DNA of 25,658 bases. Source: a virus. Lineage: Duplodnaviria; Caudoviricetes. A program made the position numbers and the translations under genes. Positions within the stretch are counted from its first letter, which is position 1. Every line of letters starts with the position of its first letter. The stretch is taken from the IMG/VR virus record IMGVR_UViG_3300048819_000005, positions 1 to 25,658 of that record, one strand, 5' to 3'. Under the pieces are notes generated by a model. The model was not told the DNA's origin. It ran no database searches and saw nothing but the letters and a program-made list of their open reading frames with translations. This document shows, one piece after another, positions 1 to 8,499 of this stretch.

Positions 1-2
1 AA

Positions 3-2201
3 AAAGAAGAACAAATAGCAAGAAATGAAGAACCTACCTACTCTCCTGAAGAAGATGCCATATCTGAAGAAGACTTTAAACGACTTCCCTCTAGATTAGA
101 TATTCTTAAAGAGTATCGGAGAGATGTAGAAGACAAACTCATAAATAATGAAAATAGAAGAAATTCAAAAACTCATGCCAAAGCTCTTGATAGAGCTGAA
201 GAACACATAAAACAAAAGTATTTTCCTGAATTTGAAAAAGAATCTGTGCGAGAAAAGGAAACAAGACTTAGTACTGCCAGGGGCTCAGCTGTAAATGGAA
301 CTCCTGAATATACTAAGGCTGAGAAAGAATGGAATGAGTTCCGTGAGAAACAAAAAGAAATGTTTGATCTTAGTCGACAATTTGTCAAAGAAGGTGAACT
401 AGAGAGAACTAGGGAAGACCTCGATAAGCGCTGGGATGCTATTAAGGATATCGAAGCAAAAGTCGACAAAGACATTGCTGAACATAGAAGCGGTAAACGT
501 ACTGAGAGAATCGATGCGGCTAAAGCTGCTGAACAGAAGAAAATAGATGCTAAAAAGAAAGCCGCTTTAACTCGTGAGAAAAAGAAAATAAGGGCAAAGT
601 ATGATAATACTCTTTTCGAGGAAGCTAAAAAAGAAAATTCTCTTAGTTATCAAGCCTATACTCAGCATTTAGAGGAAACTAAAGATACTCCCCTAGGTAA
701 GATTGAGGGTGCCTCCTCTAGAAAAACTGATCCTTTTGACTTCTATTCCCATGAAGAGAATGAGGAAATAAAGAGATTACATCCAAGATTCTACGAATTA
801 AAGACTCTTCAGGTTAAGGCAGACGCAGATAGGAAAAAAGCCTATAAGAAGGTAAATGAACTAGCTGCTGAATACAAAAAAGAGCATGGGAAACCTATAC
901 CAGATAAAGATTGGTTTCGGCTTTTAGAAAGTTTTAAAACTGAAGACACTAAAAAAGCCGAAAAATCTTTTGATGAGTACAACGCTGAACACTCTAAGTT
1001 TAATTCAACTACAGGTAGAGATTGGTTTGATGTTCAAGAGAAGAGACAAGCCTTAAAAGAGGCTGTAGCGAATGAGAGAAAGCCTGAAGAGTACAAACTT
1101 GGTATTCAAATTGAGGACAATGAAAAATTTATAGAGAACAATAAATGGAATGGAACAAAAACAGATGAAAAAGTTCTAAAATCTATAAATCAAACTCATT
1201 CATTAAGTCCTTCTCAAGTTTCAAATATCTTCTCTTATAGTAGTTCTTCTAGCCACATTCAGGGTTATCTTATTCATGGCGGCACTCATGGTAGAATACA
1301 TGAAAGAGAACGAATGAATGAAGAGAAATTAAAGTATAGAATTGAGAATGTAAGTAAAGCTATTGATTCTTTTTTATTTTCTGAAGATATTCAAGCTTAC
1401 AGGGGAATGAGGGTTTTAAAGGACAGTCCAGAGTCCAAGGCATATCTCGAACAATTTTTAAATTCAGAAGTTGGAACTTTAGTTCACAATAAAGCTTTTG
1501 CTTCTGTGACTTACTCTAAACAGGTTTTTAATAATTATCAAGGTGGGAATCCTGAGGAAGACGTAACTATGCATATAACCTTAGAAAAAGGTAAGCATGG
1601 ACTTCCGATGGATGTGGCCTGCAGAGAAAAACGTGGTAATAAGGAAATTCTCCTTAATAAGGGATCTTACTTTAAGATTAACAAAATAAATAAGAAGAAA
1701 AGAATTGTAGAGGTTACTGTTCTAAGTGAGGATGAGGCGGCTAGGGAACAGTTAAGAACACAAGAAAATCCTGAGGAGAAACCTGCAATAGATTCCATTC
1801 CATTGGAGATGGATTCCTTCCCTTTTAAGATCTACCACGGCTTGACGTGTGTCATTGAGAACTATAAAGGAGAAATCCGCCACGGACGAGGATTCTCTAC
1901 TAGGATGCCTGCAGATTATGGTTACATTCAAGGTTACTGGGGCGCGGATGGCGATGAGATGGATTGTTATCTTGGTCCTAATCCAATGAGTCGCATGGTG
2001 TATGTAGTATGGCAATCTCAGATTGGATCTCCAACGTTCGATGAACACAAGTGCATGCTAGGCTATCCATCGAAAGCGGCCGCTTCGAAAGCCTACATGT
2101 CTGGTCACAATCGATCTAAAGATATCTTTATGAAGATTGAATCCTTTGGAATTGAGGAGTTTAAAAGATGGCTCAAAAAGGAGAGTCTAAGAGCGGCATA
2201 A
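3..2201 (+). CDS. 5'-truncated polyvalent phage protein: charged helical region, VIP2-like ADP-ribosyltransferase domain (~1200-1725) and inorganic pyrophosphatase-like domain (~1830-2190); possibly a MuF/head-morphogenesis fusion
   Basis: Frame is open from base 3 (KEEQIARNEEPTY...), so the GTG at 246 is internal. ART motifs AYRG, FASVT, NKEILLNKGSYFKI. PPase motifs MPADYGYIQG, DGDEMD, FDEHK. Lies just upstream of the head genes. Confidence 0.85.
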   Translation, partial: KEEQIARNEEPTYSPEEDAISEEDFKRLPSRLDILKEYRRDVEDKLINNENRRNSKTHAKALDRAEEHIKQKYFPEFEKESVREKETRLSTARGSAVNGTPEYTKAEKEWNEFREKQKEMFDLSRQFVKEGELERTREDLDKRWDAIKDIEAKVDKDIAEHRSGKRTERIDAAKAAEQKKIDAKKKAALTREKKKIRAKYDNTLFEEAKKENSLSYQAYTQHLEETKDTPLGKIEGASSRKTDPFDFYSHEENEEIKRLHPRFYELKTLQVKADADRKKAYKKVNELAAEYKKEHGKPIPDKDWFRLLESFKTEDTKKAEKSFDEYNAEHSKFNSTTGRDWFDVQEKRQALKEAVANERKPEEYKLGIQIEDNEKFIENNKWNGTKTDEKVLKSINQTHSLSPSQVSNIFSYSSSSSHIQGYLIHGGTHGRIHERERMNEEKLKYRIENVSKAIDSFLFSEDIQAYRGMRVLKDSPESKAYLEQFLNSEVGTLVHNKAFASVTYSKQVFNNYQGGNPEEDVTMHITLEKGKHGLPMDVACREKRGNKEILLNKGSYFKINKINKKKRIVEVTVLSEDEAAREQLRTQENPEEKPAIDSIPLEMDSFPFKIYHGLTCVIENYKGEIRHGRGFSTRMPADYGYIQGYWGADGDEMDCYLGPNPMSRMVYVVWQSQIGSPTFDEHKCMLGYPSKAAASKAYMSGHNRSKDIFMKIESFGIEEFKRWLKKESLRAA

Positions 2202-2374
2202 CAGGAGGCAATTCTGCCTATGCCCCCAAACGTACTGTAATGGCACCAAACGCGGGGAACGGAGGAGGTAACTCCGGAGCGGTCATAAGCCCGGCACCTA
2301 AGTTGGGCTGGAGCGCATACCAAGATCCAAGGGTCCCCGTCAAGGCACCTTTACCGAGGAGACAAGGTGTATGA
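2168..2374 (+). CDS. small Gly/Pro-rich hypothetical protein (68 aa)
   Basis: GAGGAG Shine-Dalgarno at 2155-2160, 7 nt before the ATG; stop overlaps the next start (ATGA). Confidence 0.55.
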   Translation: MAQKGESKSGITGGNSAYAPKRTVMAPNAGNGGGNSGAVISPAPKLGWSAYQDPRVPVKAPLPRRQGV

Positions 2375-2814
2375 GTTGGCAAGATTATCCATGTATAGAT
2401 GGACCTAACTATGGAGGTTCTGTAAGAAAATGGTACCAGAAAACTTATAGATCTCTTCCTAAAGAAACATGGGTTCTTCACCATTGTGATAATCCTAACT
2501 GTCGACAGATAGAGCATATCTTTCTCGGGACAAATTCAGATAACATGAAAGATTGTGCGGCTAAAGGTAGACTCGGTTCTCAAACTGAAGAAAATAGACA
2601 GTTTATGAGAGATACTTTTCTTTCAGAGGATTCAATAAGGAAACTTTCAGAGTCCATGAAAGGTTTACGTAATAACTCAGTACTAACCTTAGACCAGGTA
2701 AGGTTAATAAGAAATAATCCTAATAAAACTGTGTGGGAATGGGTTAAAGAGTTTAACGTAAATTATCAAGTCATTAGTCGAGTTAAAAACAATCAAACTT
2801 ACATAGGAGTATAA
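2371..2814 (+). CDS. free-standing HNH homing endonuclease with C-terminal DNA-binding (NUMOD/HTH-like) segments
   Basis: VLHHCDNPNC..EHIFLGTNSDNMKD..KGR matches the phage HNH_3 pattern; SEDSIRKLSESMKG is NUMOD3-like; C-terminal LTLDQVRLIR...EFNVNYQVISRVKN is HTH-like. Confidence 0.85.
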   Translation: MSWQDYPCIDGPNYGGSVRKWYQKTYRSLPKETWVLHHCDNPNCRQIEHIFLGTNSDNMKDCAAKGRLGSQTEENRQFMRDTFLSEDSIRKLSESMKGLRNNSVLTLDQVRLIRNNPNKTVWEWVKEFNVNYQVISRVKNNQTYIGV

Positions 2815-2815
2815 A

Positions 2816-3037
2816 ATGCCCAAGCTTAATATGGGGAGTAGTGCTGTCTCCCATGAAACTCGCATGCCAGAATCGACCACTCAACCCATGGCAGCTTTTT
2901 CACACGGGCCGTGGTTTGATACTACCCCTAAAGATCCCATGATGGATGGCGGGATGGGTCCTCAACCCATGGGACCGACATCTATTACAGAGACTCCTTA
3001 TGGACCTGCTTATGGGGTTTCCACTGATAAGGAGTAA
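2816..3037 (+). CDS. small Pro/Met/Gly-rich hypothetical protein (73 aa)
   Basis: AGGAG upstream of the ATG; fills the gap between the HNH and DUF2213 genes. Confidence 0.6.
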   Translation: MPKLNMGSSAVSHETRMPESTTQPMAAFSHGPWFDTTPKDPMMDGGMGPQPMGPTSITETPYGPAYGVSTDKE

Positions 3038-3040
3038 CTT

Positions 3041-4498
3041 ATGCCAAGGTACTACGGCTTAATCCTAAGCCCCAATATAGAAAAAACTGTTGAGGGGTAC
3101 ATAATATGCAAGAACGTACCTATCTGCAGATCTGGCTATCAAGAGTACCTTGGACGTGAACTTGTCGGTTTTCCAGGTTATGAAGAATCTTGGGGCCTAG
3201 ATCCTAATGGACGTTATAAAGTCTATAGACCTCCTTCTGAGGTTCTACACCCTGACACAATTGCCTCTTTTGAAGGTAAGTCTATAGTAGATGAACATCC
3301 TGATGGTGGGACAGTTCACATTGAAAATGAACAAGAACTTAACTGTGGTCATATTCAAAATGTCAGAAATGGCCCGGATCACGATGGAGAAGTTACTCTT
3401 CAAGGTGATATACATATTAAGAACCAAGAACTAGTTCAGAAGGTTCTTAATGAAGGTGTACGTGACGTAAGTTGTGGTTATACTCTTAAACTACGACGTA
3501 ATACAAGTGGAAACCTCGAAATGTGGTTTATTAGAGGTAACCACGTGGCTGTTGTTGGACGCGGTAGGGCTGGAAGTCGAATTGCTATTCGGGATTCGGC
3601 CCCACCCGAAATCACACAAAGGAAGGTACGCATCATGTCTCTAAGAGAAATGATTTTCGGGCGGGGTATCAAGGCTATGAACCCAGATGCCACTCCTGAG
3701 GAAGTTGAACTCGCGATGAAGGAACTTAACCCTCCGGTTACAGTTGCTTCAACGTCACGCGTTGCGACTGACGCTCATCCTGAACCTGGGAAGCCTGCTG
3801 GGGATAAGGAACCCCATCGTATGGCTGCCCACGACGCTCTTGATCGTGCACTCGATGCCATGAAGCATGAAAAGAAGATGGGGAAAGATGCTCACGGTAA
3901 AGATGCCATGGCCAAGGATCTGAAGGCTGAAGTTGATTCCTTCATGAAAGATGGTGAGGAAGAAATGGCCGAAGACGAAAAGGTTGAAGAACTCAAGGAT
4001 GCTGCAACTGACGCGGAGCACAAGGAAGGTTGTGAATGCGACAAGTGCATGAAGAAGGCCAAAGATGCTCTCGACAAGAAACTCGCAGATGAGAAAATGG
4101 AAAAAGATGCTGCGGGGGACGAGGGTCTCGAAGGCGAAGTAGGGGACAAGGGTCAAAGCGTTCTTCATCAGTTGAATGACTCTATTATTGGCTACATCAG
4201 GGCTAGTAAGCCTGTAGTTGCTGCTATTAATAACAAGCCAAAATCTCAACGTACTAATTCCGAACAGGTAATGTTGGATAGTTACAACACTACCGTTCGA
4301 ACCATTAACAAGAATCGTGGAAGCGCTTACTCAGTCTTGACTAAGGCTAAGATTCCTGAAGGTATCCCTGCTGTTGCTACAGATTCCGCTGCAGTTACAG
4401 CAGGACCCGTGGATGATCCTTCAAGGTTTTTTGAGGGTGTTTCATACAAAGTTGGAAAGAAGCGTTACGAAGAACATCTTGCTCAGAAGGGAAAGTAA
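3041..4498 (+). CDS. DUF2213-type prohead protease / scaffold fusion
   Basis: TVEGYIICKNVPICRSGYQEY, VYRPPSEV, SFEGKSIVDEHP, VSCGY, IRGNHVAVVGRGRAG followed by a charged, low-complexity scaffold-like region; AGGAG RBS; upstream of the capsid genes. Confidence 0.85.
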   Translation: MPRYYGLILSPNIEKTVEGYIICKNVPICRSGYQEYLGRELVGFPGYEESWGLDPNGRYKVYRPPSEVLHPDTIASFEGKSIVDEHPDGGTVHIENEQELNCGHIQNVRNGPDHDGEVTLQGDIHIKNQELVQKVLNEGVRDVSCGYTLKLRRNTSGNLEMWFIRGNHVAVVGRGRAGSRIAIRDSAPPEITQRKVRIMSLREMIFGRGIKAMNPDATPEEVELAMKELNPPVTVASTSRVATDAHPEPGKPAGDKEPHRMAAHDALDRALDAMKHEKKMGKDAHGKDAMAKDLKAEVDSFMKDGEEEMAEDEKVEELKDAATDAEHKEGCECDKCMKKAKDALDKKLADEKMEKDAAGDEGLEGEVGDKGQSVLHQLNDSIIGYIRASKPVVAAINNKPKSQRTNSEQVMLDSYNTTVRTINKNRGSAYSVLTKAKIPEGIPAVATDSAAVTAGPVDDPSRFFEGVSYKVGKKRYEEHLAQKGK

Positions 4499-4501
4499 AA
4501 C

Positions 4502-5263
4502 ATGCCAGCAACTGTAATTCCTGTAAAAGGACTTTACCTCGGCTTCGTAGGGAACATCAGTAATGAGGGCTATTCCCTTCGCACAGCTAGACAGGTTAAT
4601 CCGACCGATACATTTTCTATCGCGTTTGGTGAAACCTTCGTGCTTAATTCCAACAATACCTACTCCAGCGTCAAGACTTTTGTCGCTGCTGGAGGTTCTG
4701 TTACAAGCGCTCTACCAATTGGTATTGCGGCTAGTAACGTTAACATCAATCCTACCTACAATACGGCAGGTTCGAATGATGCTCTAACTCCCGGTGGCGT
4801 TTATCTTCCTGCTGCTATCATGGACGGTTTGGTTCAAGGCACTATTAACGTTAGCTGCAATAACGGGACTCCTACTGCTGGTGGAAACGTTTGGATCCGT
4901 ACGGCTTTGGATTCCGCTATTCCTGCTGGTGTTGTTGGTGGTCTTGAGGCCGTGACTGATCCTAATCCGATCACCGCGCCAACCATCACCACCACCAACG
5001 CGTCCACTTCGGCTACAGTGTCGAGTGCAACAGGTCTTGTAATCGGAATGACTGTGACCAGTACTAACGTTCCTGCTGGAACGACTATTACTGCAATCTC
5101 GGGAACCACGATTACTCTGTCGAATGCTGCTACTGCCGGAGCTTCGGGCACCGCGGCCTCCTTTGGCCATACGGTCCTTTATCCTGATTTCCTCTGGAAG
5201 ACTGGATACCTGGAAACCGATCTTACTGCACAAGTAACAATTCTCCAACGTAAGATTGCCTAA
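4502..5263 (+). CDS. capsid decoration/cement protein with an inserted Thr-rich module
   Basis: Between scaffold and major capsid gene; motifs IAFG, GTINVSCNNGTPTAGGNVWIR, GGLEA typical of this gene in DUF2213/DUF2184 head modules. Confidence 0.7.
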   Translation: MPATVIPVKGLYLGFVGNISNEGYSLRTARQVNPTDTFSIAFGETFVLNSNNTYSSVKTFVAAGGSVTSALPIGIAASNVNINPTYNTAGSNDALTPGGVYLPAAIMDGLVQGTINVSCNNGTPTAGGNVWIRTALDSAIPAGVVGGLEAVTDPNPITAPTITTTNASTSATVSSATGLVIGMTVTSTNVPAGTTITAISGTTITLSNAATAGASGTAASFGHTVLYPDFLWKTGYLETDLTAQVTILQRKIA

Positions 5264-5283
5264 GTTAGGCAGAAAGGTTAGAA

Positions 5284-6288
5284 ATGAATCCCAGAGAATA
5301 TCAGCAGAACCTCAACGCTCTGCGATCCGGGCAAGTTCTTTCTGATGCTGCTGCCGCGGCAACAGGACAAACTTTCATCATGGCAGAACTTGCCAAGTTG
5401 GATCCGGTCGTACGTCTTCCACTAGAGAATTACACGTACCTTCGTGACATCCCCATCGATCGTGGTGGTGGGTGGATCATGAATCACATTGCGCATAACG
5501 TTGATTTTCGTGGCCCGCGTGATAATAGCGCAGGTTCACAGACCAATGATTCACGCGTGATTGAATACAACGTGAACCAGGATACCTGGCCAGTCTTCCC
5601 CTATCAGGTCCGTATTAGGATCCCCATCGTGGAATCCCTACGTATGGCTCAGGTAGGAAGAAGTCCTCAGGATCTTCTGGACAAGGGAGTTAGGGTAGAC
5701 TACAGCAAAACCCTTGATACAAGGACTTATGCTGGCTACGCTGGTAACCAAGGTCTGATTAACAATCCGGCCTTGACTACTACTCAACTTCCTCTCACGG
5801 GTACCGGTAGTACTGCTACATGGAGTACCAAGACTGCAGTTGCTATTCTTGGTGATTTTAACTTCATGGCGCAGACTATCTGGCTTGCTAGTGGAGCCGC
5901 TCCGGGTGCTATGCCTGATCGGTTCCTAGTTCCCCCGACGCAATGGACTATTCTTACTCAGCCCATGGCAATCGTCGGTGGACCTAGTGGCTATGCCTCA
6001 ATTCTCGACTACATTCAGAAGAACTACCTGGGATCAGCTTTTGGCATCGTGCCGGAAGTTTATCCTTTGCCGGTTTGGCTGGACGGTCAAGGTCCTGGAA
6101 GTACTCAGCTCATCAGTGCTTATAAATACGATAAGGACTGTCTGAGTCTGGGTATTCCTCAGGAGATCACGAGGTTTGGTGCTCCTCCATCGATCGTATC
6201 TGGATGTTTTGAATTTCTCTACCTGGCAAACATTGGGGTAGTGAAGATCAACCGTCCTACTACGACTCAACAGTTTTACGGTTGCTAA
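5284..6288 (+). CDS. major capsid protein (DUF2184-like, HK97 fold)
   Basis: 334 aa; FIMAELAKLDP, GLINNP, W..KT...ILGDFN, PDRFLVPP, GVVKINRP motifs; followed by a terminator hairpin. Confidence 0.85.
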   Translation: MNPREYQQNLNALRSGQVLSDAAAAATGQTFIMAELAKLDPVVRLPLENYTYLRDIPIDRGGGWIMNHIAHNVDFRGPRDNSAGSQTNDSRVIEYNVNQDTWPVFPYQVRIRIPIVESLRMAQVGRSPQDLLDKGVRVDYSKTLDTRTYAGYAGNQGLINNPALTTTQLPLTGTGSTATWSTKTAVAILGDFNFMAQTIWLASGAAPGAMPDRFLVPPTQWTILTQPMAIVGGPSGYASILDYIQKNYLGSAFGIVPEVYPLPVWLDGQGPGSTQLISAYKYDKDCLSLGIPQEITRFGAPPSIVSGCFEFLYLANIGVVKINRPTTTQQFYGC

Positions 6289-6299
6289 TCTGGGTGACG

Positions 6300-6333
6300 G
6301 CGGAGTCTCTTCGTGGGACTCCGCTTATTCTTT
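6300..6333 (+). terminator. Rho-independent terminator after the major capsid gene
   Basis: Stem GCGGAGTCTC / GGGACTCCGC (8 Watson-Crick pairs, one G-U, one C-G), loop TTCGT, followed by TTATTCTTT. Confidence 0.8.
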
Positions 6334-6343
6334 AAAGGAGAGT

Positions 6344-6706
6344 ATGAAGATCATCTCGAATCAAAATATCAATCTTCGCTCGGCGTCTTCTCCGGGTGGC
6401 CTAGTTCATGTTAAGGCAAAAACTCCAACACTGGTACCAGATGATGTAGCTGGTAAGAGTTTCAATTTTCTAATCAAGCATGGGGTTGTCTCTATTCTTA
6501 AGTCTAAGATTAAGGCAGAAACTGCTGTCCCTCTGGCCCCTCCGACCATCGAACCTAATAAGTTGGATTCAGCTAAGGATCTTGCTCTCGATGCGCTCGA
6601 TGAAGACGATGAAGATGATGAAGACGAAGAAGAAACTGATGAAGATGAAGATGAAGATGAAGAAGAAGATGAAGAAGAAAAAAAGTCTGAAATCACTAAG
6701 AAATAG
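6344..6706 (+). CDS. hypothetical protein with a C-terminal poly-Asp/Glu tract
   Basis: AAGGAG RBS; directly after the capsid gene; acidic tract at ~6599-6678. Confidence 0.75.
   Translation: MKIISNQNINLRSASSPGGLVHVKAKTPTLVPDDVAGKSFNFLIKHGVVSILKSKIKAETAVPLAPPTIEPNKLDSAKDLALDALDEDDEDDEDEEETDEDEDEDEEEDEEEKKSEITKK
6601..6678 (+). repeat. imperfect (GAAGAT)n coding microsatellite
   Basis: Runs of gaagat/gaagac/gaagaa encode DEDDEDDEDEEETDEDEDEDEEEDEEE. Confidence 0.8.
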
Positions 6707-6715
6707 GAGATAGAT

Positions 6716-7468
6716 ATGCCTTACGGTTTCCCTGATATCTGTGGCTTTTATGACATGTTATACGGGACAGCCGGAGTTGACTATCAAACCCTTACTTGTT
6801 TGGTTTATGGGGGGTCATCTGGTATAGTCTGGCCTGGTAACCCTCCATTTACTGTAACAGATTTCATTGGTATCTATCCTAAGTTTGTAGGACCTCCAAC
6901 TAATTATACTGGACTTACTATTACTCAGGGTTCTAATACAATTACTGGATTTAATAATACTACTATCCTAGGATTTGTTCCTGGAGTACTACTAGTAAAT
7001 CTGAATTCTTTGCCCAAAGATACTATCGTTACGGCTGTTAATACTGGGGCTAATACCATTACAATCAGTAACAATGCTACTCAGAATGACACTGTTTTGA
7101 CCGCTTACTTAACTCCTTTTATGCCCATACTGGTAATTCTGACTTACATATTTTTGGCTCAAGCTAGTGTCATGTCAGCTAGATACAATCAATCTTGGTT
7201 TATAATGATGTGCTATTTCGTGGCTCATTACTGTACTCTATGGATGAGATCAGAGTCTGGAGTTCCTAATTTAACAGCATCACAAGTAGCTGCCTCTGGT
7301 CTTACTAAAGGAGTTATAGTATCTCGCCAAGCTGGTGATGTTAGTGCTAGATCTCAATTGCTGCTTGGTGGTTATGATGAGTTCGGGGCATGGGGTGAGA
7401 CTCAATATGGAGAGTTGTTCATAACTATTGCTCGTGCTACGGCAATGGGACCGATATGGCTCCCGTAA
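6716..7468 (+). CDS. head-tail adaptor (DUF4054-like) with an inserted Thr-rich module
   Basis: FTVTDFIGIYPKF, YFVAHYCTL, GVIVSRQAGDVS, WGETQYGELF, GPIWL motifs; AGGAG RBS. Confidence 0.8.
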   Translation: MPYGFPDICGFYDMLYGTAGVDYQTLTCLVYGGSSGIVWPGNPPFTVTDFIGIYPKFVGPPTNYTGLTITQGSNTITGFNNTTILGFVPGVLLVNLNSLPKDTIVTAVNTGANTITISNNATQNDTVLTAYLTPFMPILVILTYIFLAQASVMSARYNQSWFIMMCYFVAHYCTLWMRSESGVPNLTASQVAASGLTKGVIVSRQAGDVSARSQLLLGGYDEFGAWGETQYGELFITIARATAMGPIWLP

Positions 7469-7555
7469 GGAAGTCTATGCGAATCCGCTTTGATTCTGAA
7501 GAACCAGATTTAAACTGGAAGTCTACGGATATTAAGAATTGGGTGAAGAAGAATT

Positions 7556-8125
7556 ATGGCCAAGCCTCCAATAACAGTAACCAGAATATCCAGCGCAGGA
7601 GACTTTCTAGCGAGAATCAAAGGAATAGGCCAGTTAGCAACTTATGTGGGAATCCCGGGTTCATCAGACCGAATGGAAGATGCCTCTAAAAGAGCCAATA
7701 AATTTACTAGTCTTAGGAAAAGAAACCGTAGACTTAGAAAAAGATTGAAGAGAATAGCTGCAGGTTCAGCTACTAATGCTGAATTGCTGTATTGGTTTTC
7801 TAAAGGTTCCCCTTTAAGAAATCAACCTCCAAGACTCGTTTTGGAGGCCGCTATACATGCTCCCGGAAATAAGGAAAAGATTTCCGCTTTAGTGGCCGAA
7901 TCTTCATTGCAGTACGCTAAGGGACAGATATACAGATCGAAACAAACCCTTAAGCAAGCCGGAGCTCTATCAGCTAAGATCTGTAGGCAATGGTTCTTCG
8001 ATCCCAGAAATGGTTGGGCACCTAACAATTATAATACTGTTAGAAAGAAGGGCTCTGAGCAACCTGGAATCGATACTAATGAGATGAGAATGGCTATAAC
8101 TCACGTAGAAAAGGAGATCACATGA
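7556..8125 (+). CDS. neck / virion morphogenesis protein
   Basis: YVGIP, TNAELLYWFSKGSP..NQPPR, WAPN...T..KKGS.QPGIDT.EMR.AITHV pattern of myophage neck proteins. Confidence 0.75.
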   Translation: MAKPPITVTRISSAGDFLARIKGIGQLATYVGIPGSSDRMEDASKRANKFTSLRKRNRRLRKRLKRIAAGSATNAELLYWFSKGSPLRNQPPRLVLEAAIHAPGNKEKISALVAESSLQYAKGQIYRSKQTLKQAGALSAKICRQWFFDPRNGWAPNNYNTVRKKGSEQPGIDTNEMRMAITHVEKEIT

Positions 8126-8499
8126 GTGAAGTAGATGACCTATCTTTTGTGATTGATGATGGTGTTCTCTCGGAATCATGGGTTATAGTGAGATCCACGG
8201 GAGTGTTTATTCAAGGTGGTTGGGTTACTACTGAGACTCAAGTTCCTGGCTATGGTGTTGTTTCAGTGGCTACTCCCGAGGATATGGATGAGATTCCTGA
8301 GGCTGACAGAGTAACAGGAATGATGGTTTTTCATTCTCAACCTAGAATATATGCCACTCAATTTGATCCTGCTGACCAAGTTCAAAGAGTTGCCGATAAG
8401 ATGTTATGGACTTTTCAGTTGTGGAGAGTTCTTCACGTATTTCCTTATCCCAATAGAAACTACTGGAAAGCTTTCGCGGTTAGAATGCAAGGTAACTAA
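8122..8499 (+). CDS. head closure / head-tail joining protein
   Basis: 125 aa, beta-rich (IPEADRVTG, ADKMLW..QLWRV, YWKAFAVR); neck-gene synteny; ATGA overlap. Confidence 0.65.
   Translation: MSEVDDLSFVIDDGVLSESWVIVRSTGVFIQGGWVTTETQVPGYGVVSVATPEDMDEIPEADRVTGMMVFHSQPRIYATQFDPADQVQRVADKMLWTFQLWRVLHVFPYPNRNYWKAFAVRMQGN

Noticed and set aside
246-248. GTG as the start of the first gene
   Set aside because: The frame is open from base 3, so the real start is upstream of the window.
2168-3037. Group I intron carrying the HNH gene
   Set aside because: The flanking ORFs abut the HNH gene, each has its own start, stop and RBS, and there is no room for a ribozyme core.
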